From a virus (lineage: Duplodnaviria; Caudoviricetes), in IMG/VR virus record IMGVR_UViG_3300008255_000209, positions 1 to 42,694 of that record: a DNA stretch of 42,694 nucleotides; one strand, written 5' to 3'. Positions within the stretch are counted from its first letter, which is position 1, and the number at the start of each line of letters is the position of its first letter. Position numbers and translations under genes: made by a program. The notes under the pieces are model-generated. The model did not search any database. It saw only the letters and a list, made by a program, of their open reading frames with translations, and had not been told where the DNA came from. Positions 27,306-37,698 of this stretch are shown here, in pieces.

Positions 27306-27310
27306 AAACT

Positions 27311-27700
27311 ATGGCTAACCGTGATTCTCAAGTCTGGATAGAAAATACATCGAAAATAAAGATCGACCCTGCTACAGAACAAAAACAGGACGATATTATT
27401 ATTCTCTTGAAGGCTCTTAAAAGTACGGAGATTGGGCATGGGGCCAAAACGATAAAAAAAGCAGGGGAACATGAGGCTTTATCGCTACCTGTTTCTTGCA
27501 AAAAAGTAATAATTCAGGCTTCGCCTGACAACTCAGGGCTTATAGCTGTTGGAGGGGCCGGAGTGTTAGCAACAGCAACAGGTGGAGGAGTGCTTTTAAG
27601 TAAGGGGATGATAATTGAGTTGGAGATAGATAATCTTTCTAAAGTATTTATTGACTCAACCGTTAATTTTGATGGAGTGAGGTATACATGGTTTTCCTAA
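27311..27700 (+). CDS. Small virion beta protein
   Basis: IIQA...NSG.I.VGG...G..L..G...I.NL.KV pattern. Confidence 0.6.
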   Translation: MANRDSQVWIENTSKIKIDPATEQKQDDIIILLKALKSTEIGHGAKTIKKAGEHEALSLPVSCKKVIIQASPDNSGLIAVGGAGVLATATGGGVLLSKGMIIELEIDNLSKVFIDSTVNFDGVRYTWFS

Positions 27701-27720
27701 TTTTTTAATAGGCTTCTCTT

Positions 27721-29226
27721 ATGGCTACTTCCAAAATCCTCCAAAAACCTAAAATCCTCAGTATTCTGGGGTCAACGATCAGGATTGCTCACCCTGATGT
27801 TTCAGGGTACACAAGAACTAACTTGGCCAACTCCATCGCTGCAGCAGGGACAGCTATGACGGTCTACGACAACAATGGTTTTGCTGATGATGATTGGTTT
27901 ATTGTGGGTGTCCCTGGAGACTCTCAAACAGAAGAAGATGACGTGAATGGGGCTGTCACCAGAGGACAAAGTATAACCGTAACCAACACGCTCAGGTTTG
28001 CCCATGAACTGGACGCTCCCGTCATTAAAATTCTTGAGCGTAAAATACGTATTTTTGGAAGTGCTACAGACGGAGGCTCAGGGACGCTGATAGCCTCTAT
28101 TGATGCTTTAGCCGCTGACGCGATCAATATTCAATGGGATAAGCCGTACACGGAGTACACATTAATCTCTACAGACACCACATATGCTTATTACTATGCC
28201 ACTTTTGATGATGGAACAACTCAAAGCAGTGTTTCTGATTACGTATTGGCGGGCGGTATTGCCAGTAATGCCGTTGAACAGTTTATTTTACGAGCACTTG
28301 ATCTCAGCAACTCACAACTGGACGGGTACAAGCTTACGAGAGAAATGTGTGTGCGCTGGACTAATGAGTGTCAGGACGCGATCAAACAGTTTATGTATCG
28401 TGATTCCTTATCCAATAGACTCCGGCCAAAAGACTGGTCTTTTGAGATTACGAGAGATATTACCACTTTGGCTTTAACCCAAAACGAGAACGAGTACGCT
28501 TTATCAGGCCTTTCTCCCGAGCCAAAGTACACGAACACCGCACAGTCTATTATTTCTGTTCAACTGGGCGATGAAGAGCCACTGGAGCGTATTACGGCTC
28601 CCGAGATGGATGATGTGTTAATTGGACAGCACAGAACGGAATTGAGTGTGGCAACGACTGTTGGGGGAACTTCTATTACCGTAGACGACACTTCTTCTTT
28701 CAGCTCTTCGGGGACACTTTCCGTTGGAACTGATACTGGTGTTACCTATACCGCCAAAACATCCACCACCTTCACAGGCATACCTGCTTCGGGTACGGGA
28801 TCTATTACAGCCGTTCATGCTATTGACGCTATTGTCCTTCAGGGGAGAGGGCCAGGGCTTCCCCAACAGTATTGTGTTGATGGAGGAAATATCAGGTTTG
28901 ATGTGGGGGCCGATAGTGATGCCGCAGGGAAAAAGATTAAGATCAGGTATTACAAATCTCTCACAGCGCTTACTGAAACTTCGGATGTGACGGATGTGGA
29001 TTTCACGAATGCCTTCCCTCTTTTTATCGCCGCTAAAATAATGACCAGGCGAAACAAGTTTGATGAAGCGGCGGTTTTTATGAAACAGTTTGATGAAATT
29101 GTTTTGGACAACGCTATGGCTGACCAGATTCTTCCTACTGATTCACATCCCTACCACACGTTTGGAACATGGGATGGGCGAAGGAGAAGAGGGGATGACT
29201 GGTATGATAATACTTTTAACGTCTAA
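27721..29226 (+). CDS. Head-to-tail adaptor-like protein with inserted beta domains
   Basis: W.N..Q.....W, EY.L, P..Y, I.I.YYK, terminal helix pair; upstream of nozzle. Confidence 0.6.
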   Translation: MATSKILQKPKILSILGSTIRIAHPDVSGYTRTNLANSIAAAGTAMTVYDNNGFADDDWFIVGVPGDSQTEEDDVNGAVTRGQSITVTNTLRFAHELDAPVIKILERKIRIFGSATDGGSGTLIASIDALAADAINIQWDKPYTEYTLISTDTTYAYYYATFDDGTTQSSVSDYVLAGGIASNAVEQFILRALDLSNSQLDGYKLTREMCVRWTNECQDAIKQFMYRDSLSNRLRPKDWSFEITRDITTLALTQNENEYALSGLSPEPKYTNTAQSIISVQLGDEEPLERITAPEMDDVLIGQHRTELSVATTVGGTSITVDDTSSFSSSGTLSVGTDTGVTYTAKTSTTFTGIPASGTGSITAVHAIDAIVLQGRGPGLPQQYCVDGGNIRFDVGADSDAAGKKIKIRYYKSLTALTETSDVTDVDFTNAFPLFIAAKIMTRRNKFDEAAVFMKQFDEIVLDNAMADQILPTDSHPYHTFGTWDGRRRRGDDWYDNTFNV

Positions 29227-29228
29227 AC

Positions 29229-30725
29229 ATGGCCCGTTTTCCTTTTTTTTCGTTTATTCAGGGACTCAATACAGGAGTCTCGCCTTTCCTTCAGCCTCAG
29301 TCGTCTTTGACGGTAGCGAATGGGGTGAATACCAGCTACAAGCTGGGGAGTATTCTAAAAGATACGGGGTACTCAAGAGTGAGCACTCAAATTGAAAACA
29401 ATAAATCAATTACGGGCTTATTTGATTTTCAGCAAACAGGGGCTATTCAACGAACCTTTGCCACCGTGAACGATTCAACCGATGATGACACTCAGCTTTT
29501 TGCCAAAGAACCCGCGGGGGCATGGTCTGAAATTGCCGCGGCTGAAACGGCATGGGCCAATAAGGCCAATATCAACGTGGAGATGGAAGAGTTTATCAAT
29601 TATTTGTTTATCGTAGGACATGGGGCTACTGATGGTTTTATCACGCCTTCGTCTGTAACAGGAACAACTTTCTCGACCTCAACCAACGTCACGTCCATGC
29701 CGAATGCCAAGTACATTAAAAAGTTCAGGGACAGGCTGTATATCGCTAATTGTGATATTGCAGGCACTCCTTACCCTTACAGGGTCTATTTCTCTTCAGT
29801 GCCTTCAGCAGGAGCTATTACGTGGACAGTGGCCACTGATTTTTTTGACGTGGGATATAATCTTGATGTTACAGGGATGACGGCCACCTCTGACCTCTTA
29901 TATATTTTTACCAGAGACCAGGCATTCTTTTACGACCAATCACAACTGAGACAAATTTGGCATTACGGATGCTCTAATCACAGGACTATTCAGGCCTTCG
30001 GCCCGTATGCCATTTGGTGTACGGGAGACAATATCGCAATCACTACAGGGGGGCAGCCTCAACTCATTGGAGGCTCTGTCATTGATTTTATCAGAGGCGG
30101 AACAGCACAGTCGTTCTTTTCCGCTCAAATAGACGACGAGTATTATTTGTATGTGGGTACGGTTACGGTGAATGGTCTCACCTACACTAACTGTTTGCTG
30201 ACCTATAACTTTGCCACCGATTCGTGGAGGTCACGGGAACTGGCTGACGATGTCACTATCATGGCAAGGTATTTCGATAATACCAATTGGGAGAACAGAT
30301 TGTATATGGGGGATGCGGACGGGAATGTGTGGGATAAGTCAAAGTATACCGACACGACGATTGCCCAATCTGATTCCGAAACGACTTTAGGAACACCGGT
30401 TACTCCTATCTCTTCTTCTTTTGAGCTGACACTGCCTTTCGGCTCAATGAACTCTGTCAATGAGGTAGATAACTTCGTGGCGTATGCCGATAGGGCTTTG
30501 GGACTGAAACTTAAAATAAGAGTATTGGACAGGAATGCTCGAATCATTATGCCGTATACGCCGATAGGCGAGCTGAAACAGTTTGTGAATACGTTTAATA
30601 TTGAAATAGAAAAAGGGGCTATTATTCAGATTCAGGGATCGGAAACAGGGACTAATCCACACTGGTCTTTTCACGGTTTTGAAATAGAAGTGGAAGACGG
30701 AGGGTCTATTCTTAAAGGTCAATAA
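29229..30725 (+). CDS. Tail nozzle/hub beta-propeller (P22 gp10 / T7 gp12-like)
   Basis: F..GLN N-terminus, DRLY, VYFS, YGC, YNF..DSW propeller repeats; 498 aa. Confidence 0.75.
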   Translation: MARFPFFSFIQGLNTGVSPFLQPQSSLTVANGVNTSYKLGSILKDTGYSRVSTQIENNKSITGLFDFQQTGAIQRTFATVNDSTDDDTQLFAKEPAGAWSEIAAAETAWANKANINVEMEEFINYLFIVGHGATDGFITPSSVTGTTFSTSTNVTSMPNAKYIKKFRDRLYIANCDIAGTPYPYRVYFSSVPSAGAITWTVATDFFDVGYNLDVTGMTATSDLLYIFTRDQAFFYDQSQLRQIWHYGCSNHRTIQAFGPYAIWCTGDNIAITTGGQPQLIGGSVIDFIRGGTAQSFFSAQIDDEYYLYVGTVTVNGLTYTNCLLTYNFATDSWRSRELADDVTIMARYFDNTNWENRLYMGDADGNVWDKSKYTDTTIAQSDSETTLGTPVTPISSSFELTLPFGSMNSVNEVDNFVAYADRALGLKLKIRVLDRNARIIMPYTPIGELKQFVNTFNIEIEKGAIIQIQGSETGTNPHWSFHGFEIEVEDGGSILKGQ

Positions 30726-32185
30726 TGCCTATTATTGGATCACTTAATTTCCGGCACAATAGATCCGATAAACAAAACCCTTCTGTTCCGGACAATTCAC
30801 CGTTAGAAGGGTTCTCTCACAATAACGCTGAACCGATCCGACCTGAGCCTGAACGACAGATTCTTGATATCCAACAGGTTTTTAACGATAAGAGTCTGAC
30901 ATTTAATAAACTGGCCCTTGACCAGTTTTTTGCCAATAACGATATCAAGTCGGCTAATTTCGTTTCAGGGGTATCGGGTTGGCAGATAAAGGGTGATGGA
31001 ACTGCTGAGTTTTCAGGGTTGACTGTCGGGGGGCGTAGTTTTACTTCTGATCCTACGTATGGGGATGGTTCAGATGGAGACGTTGTAATCTCCTCAAACA
31101 CAACGCTAACGGCAGATATGTTTTACGATAACCTGACTATAGATGCCACTTTTTCTCTCAGTACAGGGGGGTACAAAATTTTTGTGGCTGATACCTGTAC
31201 CATCAACGGGACACTGAAGAATGATGGAGGGGCGGGGGGTGCGGGGGGTGATGCGATGGATCAAGGTCCAACGGGAGGCAATAATGTTGTGAGTGGTGGG
31301 AGTGGTGGCGTGGCAGGGACGGCAGCGACGGCAGCGGCGGCAGTAACGGTGGGGGGCGGAGCAGCTTCACCGGCAGGGCAGGTGGGTGGAGCTGGGGGTG
31401 GCAGTTCTTCGGATACAAATACGGCGGATAGCTCACCTAACGCACCCAACGGAATAGCAGGAACAAATATTTCCGTTGCTTTAAGTAATTCTGGACAAAC
31501 AGGAATAGTTCCAGGGGCAGGGGGGGCGGGGGGTAATGGTCAATTTGTGGGGGCTTCGGCAGGGGCGGCAGGTACGGGTGGGGCGGCAGGGATTGCAACT
31601 GCCACAGTTTCTCAACCACGATACATAACAAACGCTGTTTTATTGATTGATAGCACCTCCACATATAATTTATATAAAACAGCAGCTTCTTCAGGGAGTG
31701 GTGGTGGGGCTTCTGGTGGTGGTGGTGGTGGGCCGGGAAGTAGCGCGGGGGGGGCGGGCGGTGGAGGTGGTGGGAGTGGTGCTCCGGGCGCTCCCGGTGG
31801 GATACTACTTCTTGTTGCTAAAACCATTATTATAGGAGCTTCAGGAGTTTTGAGTGCGAATGGAGGAGCTGGTGGCGACGGTGGCGACGGTGGCAATGGT
31901 GGCACGGGGGGTACTGGCGGGCTGCAGACAGGAGGAGGTGGTGGTGGCGGAGGAGGGGTGGGAGGAAGCGGTGGTGAGGGAGGGGTTGTTGTTTATATTT
32001 ACCAGAATTTAACGAACAATGGTTCTATTATAGTAGACGCAGGGGCTTCAGGGGTCAATGGCACTTTTGGAACAGGGGGGCTTCAAGGGTCAGGAGGAGG
32101 GGCTCCGGGTGAAGATGGTAGTAACCCTGCTTCATCCCCTAACGCCGCCTCAGCAGGCGTAATTATTCCCCTTTTATTGCTATGA
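30725..32185 (+). CDS. Glycine-rich tail fibre/needle protein
   Basis: SANFVSGVSGWQI.GDG.AEF, YGDGSDG, long GGxGG repeats. Confidence 0.75.
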   Translation: MPIIGSLNFRHNRSDKQNPSVPDNSPLEGFSHNNAEPIRPEPERQILDIQQVFNDKSLTFNKLALDQFFANNDIKSANFVSGVSGWQIKGDGTAEFSGLTVGGRSFTSDPTYGDGSDGDVVISSNTTLTADMFYDNLTIDATFSLSTGGYKIFVADTCTINGTLKNDGGAGGAGGDAMDQGPTGGNNVVSGGSGGVAGTAATAAAAVTVGGGAASPAGQVGGAGGGSSSDTNTADSSPNAPNGIAGTNISVALSNSGQTGIVPGAGGAGGNGQFVGASAGAAGTGGAAGIATATVSQPRYITNAVLLIDSTSTYNLYKTAASSGSGGGASGGGGGGPGSSAGGAGGGGGGSGAPGAPGGILLLVAKTIIIGASGVLSANGGAGGDGGDGGNGGTGGTGGLQTGGGGGGGGGVGGSGGEGGVVVYIYQNLTNNGSIIVDAGASGVNGTFGTGGLQGSGGGAPGEDGSNPASSPNAASAGVIIPLLLL

Positions 32186-32460
32186 AAAAAAACTTCACTT
32201 ATCGTAAGACGGGACAGGTTGTGATGATCCATGATGAGAAGCCTCAACATGAGAACTATATTGAGCTTGATATTTCAGAAGAGGATTTGGAAAAGTTTAG
32301 GGAAGGGTGTCTTGCTCATATTACAGACAAAAAGATAAACTTTACCGAATCACCTTTCCTCAAAAACAAGAGAAAGAAAGAAAAAATGTATAAAGACCTG
32401 AAAAACCCCACCTTGAAACTTGAAGACCTCAAAGAACTTTTAATTGAATTACTGGACTGA
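32182..32460 (+). CDS. Hypothetical protein (possible fibre chaperone)
   Basis: ATGA overlap with the fibre gene; 92 aa. Confidence 0.6.
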   Translation: MKKNFTYRKTGQVVMIHDEKPQHENYIELDISEEDLEKFREGCLAHITDKKINFTESPFLKNKRKKEKMYKDLKNPTLKLEDLKELLIELLD

Positions 32461-32461
32461 T

Positions 32462-33763
32462 ATGGCTCTTACAGCAGTTGAACAACAGAACATAGGGCTT
32501 TTCCCCGCTGAGATTGCTCAAAGAAAAGCTGAGTTGGAGAACGCAAAAACAAGGAATGTTTCTGAAAACGAGAGAAAGAGTTTGATAAAGCATCTCACAA
32601 ATTTACTCAACCAAGCTCAGTCAACTTATGACGGTTTATTAGCAAAACAAGCCGCATCGGCTTCCACCACACAAAACGGTATCACCAAAACACCTGTAGA
32701 AGGGCAGCCAGGGTTTTCCTTGTTTTCAGCCTCAGGGCAGGCTCCAAACACGATTACTCCTTCAAGTTCCCCTTCTTCAGGTGCAGTGGTGAAGCCTCCT
32801 TCTCCTTCTTCTCAAGGTTCAAGCGGCAGCACTCAGGCTAAACCTGTAAACCCTAATGAAGATGGCAATAAAATTATTGACGCGAGTAATTATCCTGATG
32901 ATGTGAAAGGTCTGTTCAAAAGAATATTAGCAGGATACGGGGGGGAGGATGTGAACATAGAAAACATTATTGCTGAATTTGAAAAATTAAAATCTACAAC
33001 GATTAACCCCGTTTTTCAGGAGAAAGCCAATATTTTTATTGATGAGATGAAAAGAGCCGGAGAGTACCAGCAGCTCCAAAGAAATCTTGAACTGGAATCA
33101 GAAGGGGTTTCTGCTGATGAAAGGGTAAAAAGCGCACAAGCTGATTTTGAACGAAGAGGGCTTACGTTTTCAGGTGAAGCGGCAAGACAGCTTGGCTCAA
33201 GATCAGCGTTTACACCCCATGAAAACATCCCATTCGGAGGGCCTTTACCTGAAGGACTTATTCCACAACAAAACAGGCTTATTGCCACGTCTTCCGAGGC
33301 GAGAGCAAAAAGAGAACGGGAACAACTCCAAAGACAGGCTGAAACAACACTTGGAACGGACGCTTCGGGAAACCTTATTCCCGGCGTCTCAGCTCTTGGA
33401 AATGTTACGGGATCATTACCTTTTGAAAGAGCACAAACTGAAGACGCTTTACTGAGAGAACTTTACCGTAAAGAATTGTCTAATGTTCAAACAAGAAGTG
33501 AATTTGTGGGCGCTCCTGAACTGGCGGCACAAGTAGGGGTTAATCAGGCAACTCCACAGCCACAAGCTCAAGCACAAGTAGGGGTTAATCAGGGAACTCC
33601 ACAGCCACAAGCTCAGGCACAAGTGAAAACCACTCCTATTCCTGTTGCTTCTAAGCCTGCCAAAGGGCGGACAGAAGTGGTTCAAAGCAATCTTACCGGT
33701 GCCGCTTTAGTCAGAGCAAAGAGAGAAGCGAGAAGAACAGGACAAGCCGTACCCGTTAGCTAA
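32462..33763 (+). CDS. Internal virion/ejection protein (putative)
   Basis: Helical and low-complexity; RRGLTFSG motif; position after tail genes. Confidence 0.6.
   Translation: MALTAVEQQNIGLFPAEIAQRKAELENAKTRNVSENERKSLIKHLTNLLNQAQSTYDGLLAKQAASASTTQNGITKTPVEGQPGFSLFSASGQAPNTITPSSSPSSGAVVKPPSPSSQGSSGSTQAKPVNPNEDGNKIIDASNYPDDVKGLFKRILAGYGGEDVNIENIIAEFEKLKSTTINPVFQEKANIFIDEMKRAGEYQQLQRNLELESEGVSADERVKSAQADFERRGLTFSGEAARQLGSRSAFTPHENIPFGGPLPEGLIPQQNRLIATSSEARAKREREQLQRQAETTLGTDASGNLIPGVSALGNVTGSLPFERAQTEDALLRELYRKELSNVQTRSEFVGAPELAAQVGVNQATPQPQAQAQVGVNQGTPQPQAQAQVKTTPIPVASKPAKGRTEVVQSNLTGAALVRAKREARRTGQAVPVS
33527..33624 (+). repeat. 45-bp in-frame tandem repeat (AQVGVNQxTPQPQAQ)
   Basis: Units start at 33527 and 33572, partial third at 33617. 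Confidence 0.85.
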
Positions 33764-33772
33764 TTTTATATT

Positions 33773-35923
33773 ATGGCAACTTCAAAAGAAGAAAGAGCGG
33801 CAAGGTCAGCAGCCAGAAGAGAACAAGGGGCGATTAACAGTGCTGCCAGAGAGACTCAAAGACAGGAAACAGGGTCGGGTCTTCAGTCAGTCCCTCCGGG
33901 TGGTACGTTTAGTCTGCCCGGACGAACCGAGGTTGTGGGAAGTGCTATGAAAGGATCAGAACTTGTTCAGGCAAAAAGAGACGCGAGAGCTGTTGGCGAA
34001 CCTGTCCCCGTGTCAGCGATAGCCGCGGCCGCTTCCAAAAGAAATTATCAGATAGAGCAGGACTTTATTGCCAAAACAGGCGTAACACCTCAAAGCCCTG
34101 AAGAAATAGCTCTTTCAGCAAAAGGCGCGTATGGAACGGAGGGGTTAGGAGCTTTATCTTTTCAGGATAAAAAAGATTTGGGATTAACCGATCCGCAAAT
34201 CTTAAACTCTGTTTTTGACCCCTCAGAGCTAAAAGTCTTGGGGTATTCAGACGAGCAGATAGCAGGTCTTTCAGGGGTCGGCCAGCAGGCGAATCAGGCA
34301 TTTTCCGATCTTCAAGCGGTGGGTGATCCCAGAACTGCTCTTGGAGTGCTGGAAGAAGCCTTGAATGCTAAAAAGAACGTAACCAATCAGAGTATTGGTC
34401 AATCAGAACTTTTTGAGAGGGCAGGGTTGCCTATGGAAGGCACTTTAGGTTTTGCCGTGCTGGAAGGGAACTTACAACAAAGAAGTGCTGAGATGCAGCA
34501 AAACTACAATGCTTTCCGGCAAAGGGTCGATGAGGGGGCGGGAAGTCTTGATGATGCTTTGGCGAGGTATAAGAATGTTATTGATTTGTATAATAAAAAA
34601 CAGGCTGAATTTACTGAAATAAACGCTGAAGCAAGAGCGTTTGAAAGAGAGCTTCAGTTGATGGATAGACAGGCGGAAATCCAGCAAGAATTGCTATCGC
34701 TTAAAACTACCCCTACAGCTGATTCCACAGCTCTTCCGTTGTTAAATGAAGAGGGGGCCAGTAATGGATCACAATTGAACCCCCTACCGTTGATAAGCAA
34801 ACCTGGGGTTGGTTTTATGCTTGGGAACGGAGAAAAGGATGATTTGGTTTTTGATAATGAGGGAAATCGTGTTGGCACGGTCACAAGTACGTTTGGGGCC
34901 GACCACAGCCTTTATTCGGGAGAAAAGTTTCATAAAGGAATTGATATTGTGTTTGATGATGGGGCCGCAAGGGCGTTTACAGAGGGACGGATTGTTAAAA
35001 AAGGATATGCTGATACCACGTATGGGGGTTTTGTCTGGCTTCAGGATTCCAGTGGTAATATTTTTCAATATGGTCATTTAAACGTAGACGATGTAAACAG
35101 GCTTGAAGAAGGGGCTTTCTTCAAGTTGGGGGCAGTAATAGCAAGACACGAAACCGATAAAAGTAAAATGGGGGCTTCAACAGGCCCACATCTTGATTTA
35201 AGAATGATTCAGGAGGGCTCTAAAATTGATTTGCTCGAAAGCGTTCAGCAACGGCTTTCCCGTGCTAATTCGGGAGAGAGTAAACAAGTGAGAGACGGAA
35301 ATAACGAGGCAATCGCACAAGCTTTGGCCACCGGAGATGAAAGTTTCGTAAAAAACACCATTGATGAAGTGGAACGAAAAAAGTTTTTACCTCGATCTGA
35401 AAAGATACTAACTGACTTTGATAAGGGTATTCGTGACTGGGAAGCTATTCAGAATAAATTTAAACAAATGGAAACAGCCCTTAAAGCCAGAGAAGAAAAC
35501 CCTGGAACGGGAAATACGTTTATTGACCAAGCGTTAATCTCTTTGTTTAATAAAATTACAGACCCTGACTCAGTTGTCCGTGAATCGGAATTTAATCGAA
35601 CGGCACAGTCTTTATCTCTCAACTCAAGAGCTCAGGGGTGGATAGAAAAACAGACTTATGGAGGGGGAGGATTAACAGATTTGGAGAGAAAAGAAGCTAT
35701 CCTTATCGCGCGGTCTCTGGCTAATGGAGCTTCAATTACTTTCGACAAAGAACTTACAAGGGCAAGAAGGAGGGGGGAAGCGGCAGGTGTTCCTGACGAT
35801 TTTCTGTTAAAAGTATTGGGGTTAAATGAGCAAGGAGTGTTCCCTGGAAATGAACAGGCTGAAGAAGACCCTTTTGAGTTGATAGATACAAGGCCCCCTG
35901 ACGATATTCTTAACTTGTTTTGA
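33773..35923 (+). CDS. Ejection protein with M23 (LytM) peptidoglycan peptidase domain
   Basis: HKGID, YG, YGHL, STGPHL motifs (~34870-35210); DPDSVVRESEF motif. Confidence 0.82.
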   Translation: MATSKEERAARSAARREQGAINSAARETQRQETGSGLQSVPPGGTFSLPGRTEVVGSAMKGSELVQAKRDARAVGEPVPVSAIAAAASKRNYQIEQDFIAKTGVTPQSPEEIALSAKGAYGTEGLGALSFQDKKDLGLTDPQILNSVFDPSELKVLGYSDEQIAGLSGVGQQANQAFSDLQAVGDPRTALGVLEEALNAKKNVTNQSIGQSELFERAGLPMEGTLGFAVLEGNLQQRSAEMQQNYNAFRQRVDEGAGSLDDALARYKNVIDLYNKKQAEFTEINAEARAFERELQLMDRQAEIQQELLSLKTTPTADSTALPLLNEEGASNGSQLNPLPLISKPGVGFMLGNGEKDDLVFDNEGNRVGTVTSTFGADHSLYSGEKFHKGIDIVFDDGAARAFTEGRIVKKGYADTTYGGFVWLQDSSGNIFQYGHLNVDDVNRLEEGAFFKLGAVIARHETDKSKMGASTGPHLDLRMIQEGSKIDLLESVQQRLSRANSGESKQVRDGNNEAIAQALATGDESFVKNTIDEVERKKFLPRSEKILTDFDKGIRDWEAIQNKFKQMETALKAREENPGTGNTFIDQALISLFNKITDPDSVVRESEFNRTAQSLSLNSRAQGWIEKQTYGGGGLTDLERKEAILIARSLANGASITFDKELTRARRRGEAAGVPDDFLLKVLGLNEQGVFPGNEQAEEDPFELIDTRPPDDILNLF

Positions 35924-35925
35924 AA

Positions 35926-37665
35926 ATGGCAACCCTGAAAGAGGCAATTGATATAGCTAGAAAAGAGCCTAATTCTGAAAGGTCAAAACTCTTGCTTGAT
36001 GGTTTAAAAAGTGGGAAATTTGATCGTATAGCGGAGCAGGAGGGACTTGATCTTGGTCCTTTTAAGCAAAAGATAAGCAGCGTAACACCTCAAGTTGAAG
36101 GAGTTTTAGGGGCGGGATTTGATCAAGGGGCAAAATTTTTAGGGGGAGTCGCTGGAAGTCTTGGGAGTCTTTTTAAAGGAGGATACGATATTGCTGCGGG
36201 AGGATTAAAAACTATTGTTTCAGGAGCTACGGGGGATCAACAAGGTGTTCAGGAGGGGATTAAACAGTTCACTGAACCGGTTATCTCGGCAGGTAAAACA
36301 GTTGCAGATGTCGCCTCCAGGGTTGTTGAACCTATTGATGCGGGGATAGAAGGGTTAAAAGCTCTCCCTGAATTTGCAAGGCTCGTGACAGGACAAGGGA
36401 CTCGTGAAGATTATGAAACTCTTGATGCTGCGGCAAAACGGATGAGGAAATCAATAACGGGAGCTGTCGGCCTCGTCCCCACACCACCAGTTCAAGCCTT
36501 GGTGGGGTTTACGGAACAAAGTATTCAGAGTCTTGAAGAGGGTAAACCACCGAAAGAAGCCCTCACAAAAGGGGTTGTTGAGGGGGCCGGTAGAGCTGCT
36601 TTAATGGGAATCATTAACAAATTAACAGCTCCAAAGTTAAAAACAAAAGTAACAAAAGAACAGATCGCGGAAAGAGCAGCTAAAGAAAATATTTCTGTTC
36701 AGGCGGCAAGAAAAGGATTAATGAAAGAAGAAGTAGCGGGAAGAATTGTGCAGGGGAAAATAAAAGACCGGCCTAAAGCTGTAAAAGCTTTAAGTGAAAT
36801 TGATACTAAAGGGGTAGCTAATTTTGACCAGCTTCAGTCACGATTTAATAGTAGGGTCAAAGACTTATCAACAATTGTTGATGATCTTTTAGATCAAGAT
36901 ATAACTGTTTTCCCCAGAGAGAAATTAACCGTTTCCAAAATGGTGGGGGAGATACCTGTTGTTACATCTTTTATTGATGACTCTCTCACGGCCCTTGGTG
37001 AATTTTATGATGACTCATTAAACGCTGTAGGTAAACAAAAAATCGAAAATTTAATGTCAAAACTAAATACACAAGGACTTACTAAAAAAGAGATAAATGA
37101 TATTTCTATAGAGTTTGGAAACAACTTTAGTCAAAAATCGTTTACCGACGCGGGGGCAAGACGATACGGTGTCACCGCTGATAAAGCCGAAAACATAAGG
37201 AAAGGGCTTAAAGACACTGTGATAGAACTTTCAGATGAAGCTACCGCAAGCCAATACTCCGCCCTGGAAGAGTCTATGAGCAACCTTATTAGAAGCAGAG
37301 AACTTGTTGAAACAGCACAGGAAAAAGCCAATCAGCTTCGTCAAACATTTAGAGACAGGAAGTGGGGGGAGCAGTTTACCGATGTCGTTTTTGAAGCAGT
37401 CGACTTCTTTTTAGGGGGTGGCTTAAGAGGCATTTTATCAAAAACAACCCGAAGGGGGAAAGGCCTAAAAGTTCTCAACAAAGTTGAACTTGAACAGAAC
37501 CTTTCAAAAATGATTCGACTTATGGATAAAATCGATAAAGCTTCTTCTTTTATTCAGGTAAGAGAAGCCGTCAACGCACTGGCAAAATTTCTATCAATCT
37601 CCTCCTTTGTAGTCGAAGAGCCAGAGAAGGAAAGACCCAATCCAGAAGAAAGCGAGAATTTGTAA
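35926..37665 (+). CDS. Ejection/DNA-transfer protein (putative)
   Basis: G/A-rich amphipathic N-half, helical C-half; last gene of the virion block. Confidence 0.6.
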   Translation: MATLKEAIDIARKEPNSERSKLLLDGLKSGKFDRIAEQEGLDLGPFKQKISSVTPQVEGVLGAGFDQGAKFLGGVAGSLGSLFKGGYDIAAGGLKTIVSGATGDQQGVQEGIKQFTEPVISAGKTVADVASRVVEPIDAGIEGLKALPEFARLVTGQGTREDYETLDAAAKRMRKSITGAVGLVPTPPVQALVGFTEQSIQSLEEGKPPKEALTKGVVEGAGRAALMGIINKLTAPKLKTKVTKEQIAERAAKENISVQAARKGLMKEEVAGRIVQGKIKDRPKAVKALSEIDTKGVANFDQLQSRFNSRVKDLSTIVDDLLDQDITVFPREKLTVSKMVGEIPVVTSFIDDSLTALGEFYDDSLNAVGKQKIENLMSKLNTQGLTKKEINDISIEFGNNFSQKSFTDAGARRYGVTADKAENIRKGLKDTVIELSDEATASQYSALEESMSNLIRSRELVETAQEKANQLRQTFRDRKWGEQFTDVVFEAVDFFLGGGLRGILSKTTRRGKGLKVLNKVELEQNLSKMIRLMDKIDKASSFIQVREAVNALAKFLSISSFVVEEPEKERPNPEESENL

Positions 37666-37674
37666 AATGATCAT
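37594..37674 (-). CDS. Antisense 26-aa membrane peptide
   Basis: MIILQILAFFWIGSFLLWLFDYKGGD; own promoter and leader motif upstream. Confidence 0.6.
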   Translation of the reverse strand: MIILQILAFFWIGSFLLWLFDYKGGD

Positions 37675-37698
37675 AAAAAAAGAATAAGACGAGCCTTC

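Noticed and set aside
31200-32110. Mycobacterial PE-PGRS gene
   Set aside because: No PE domain; the Gly-rich repeats follow phage fibre motifs within the tail module
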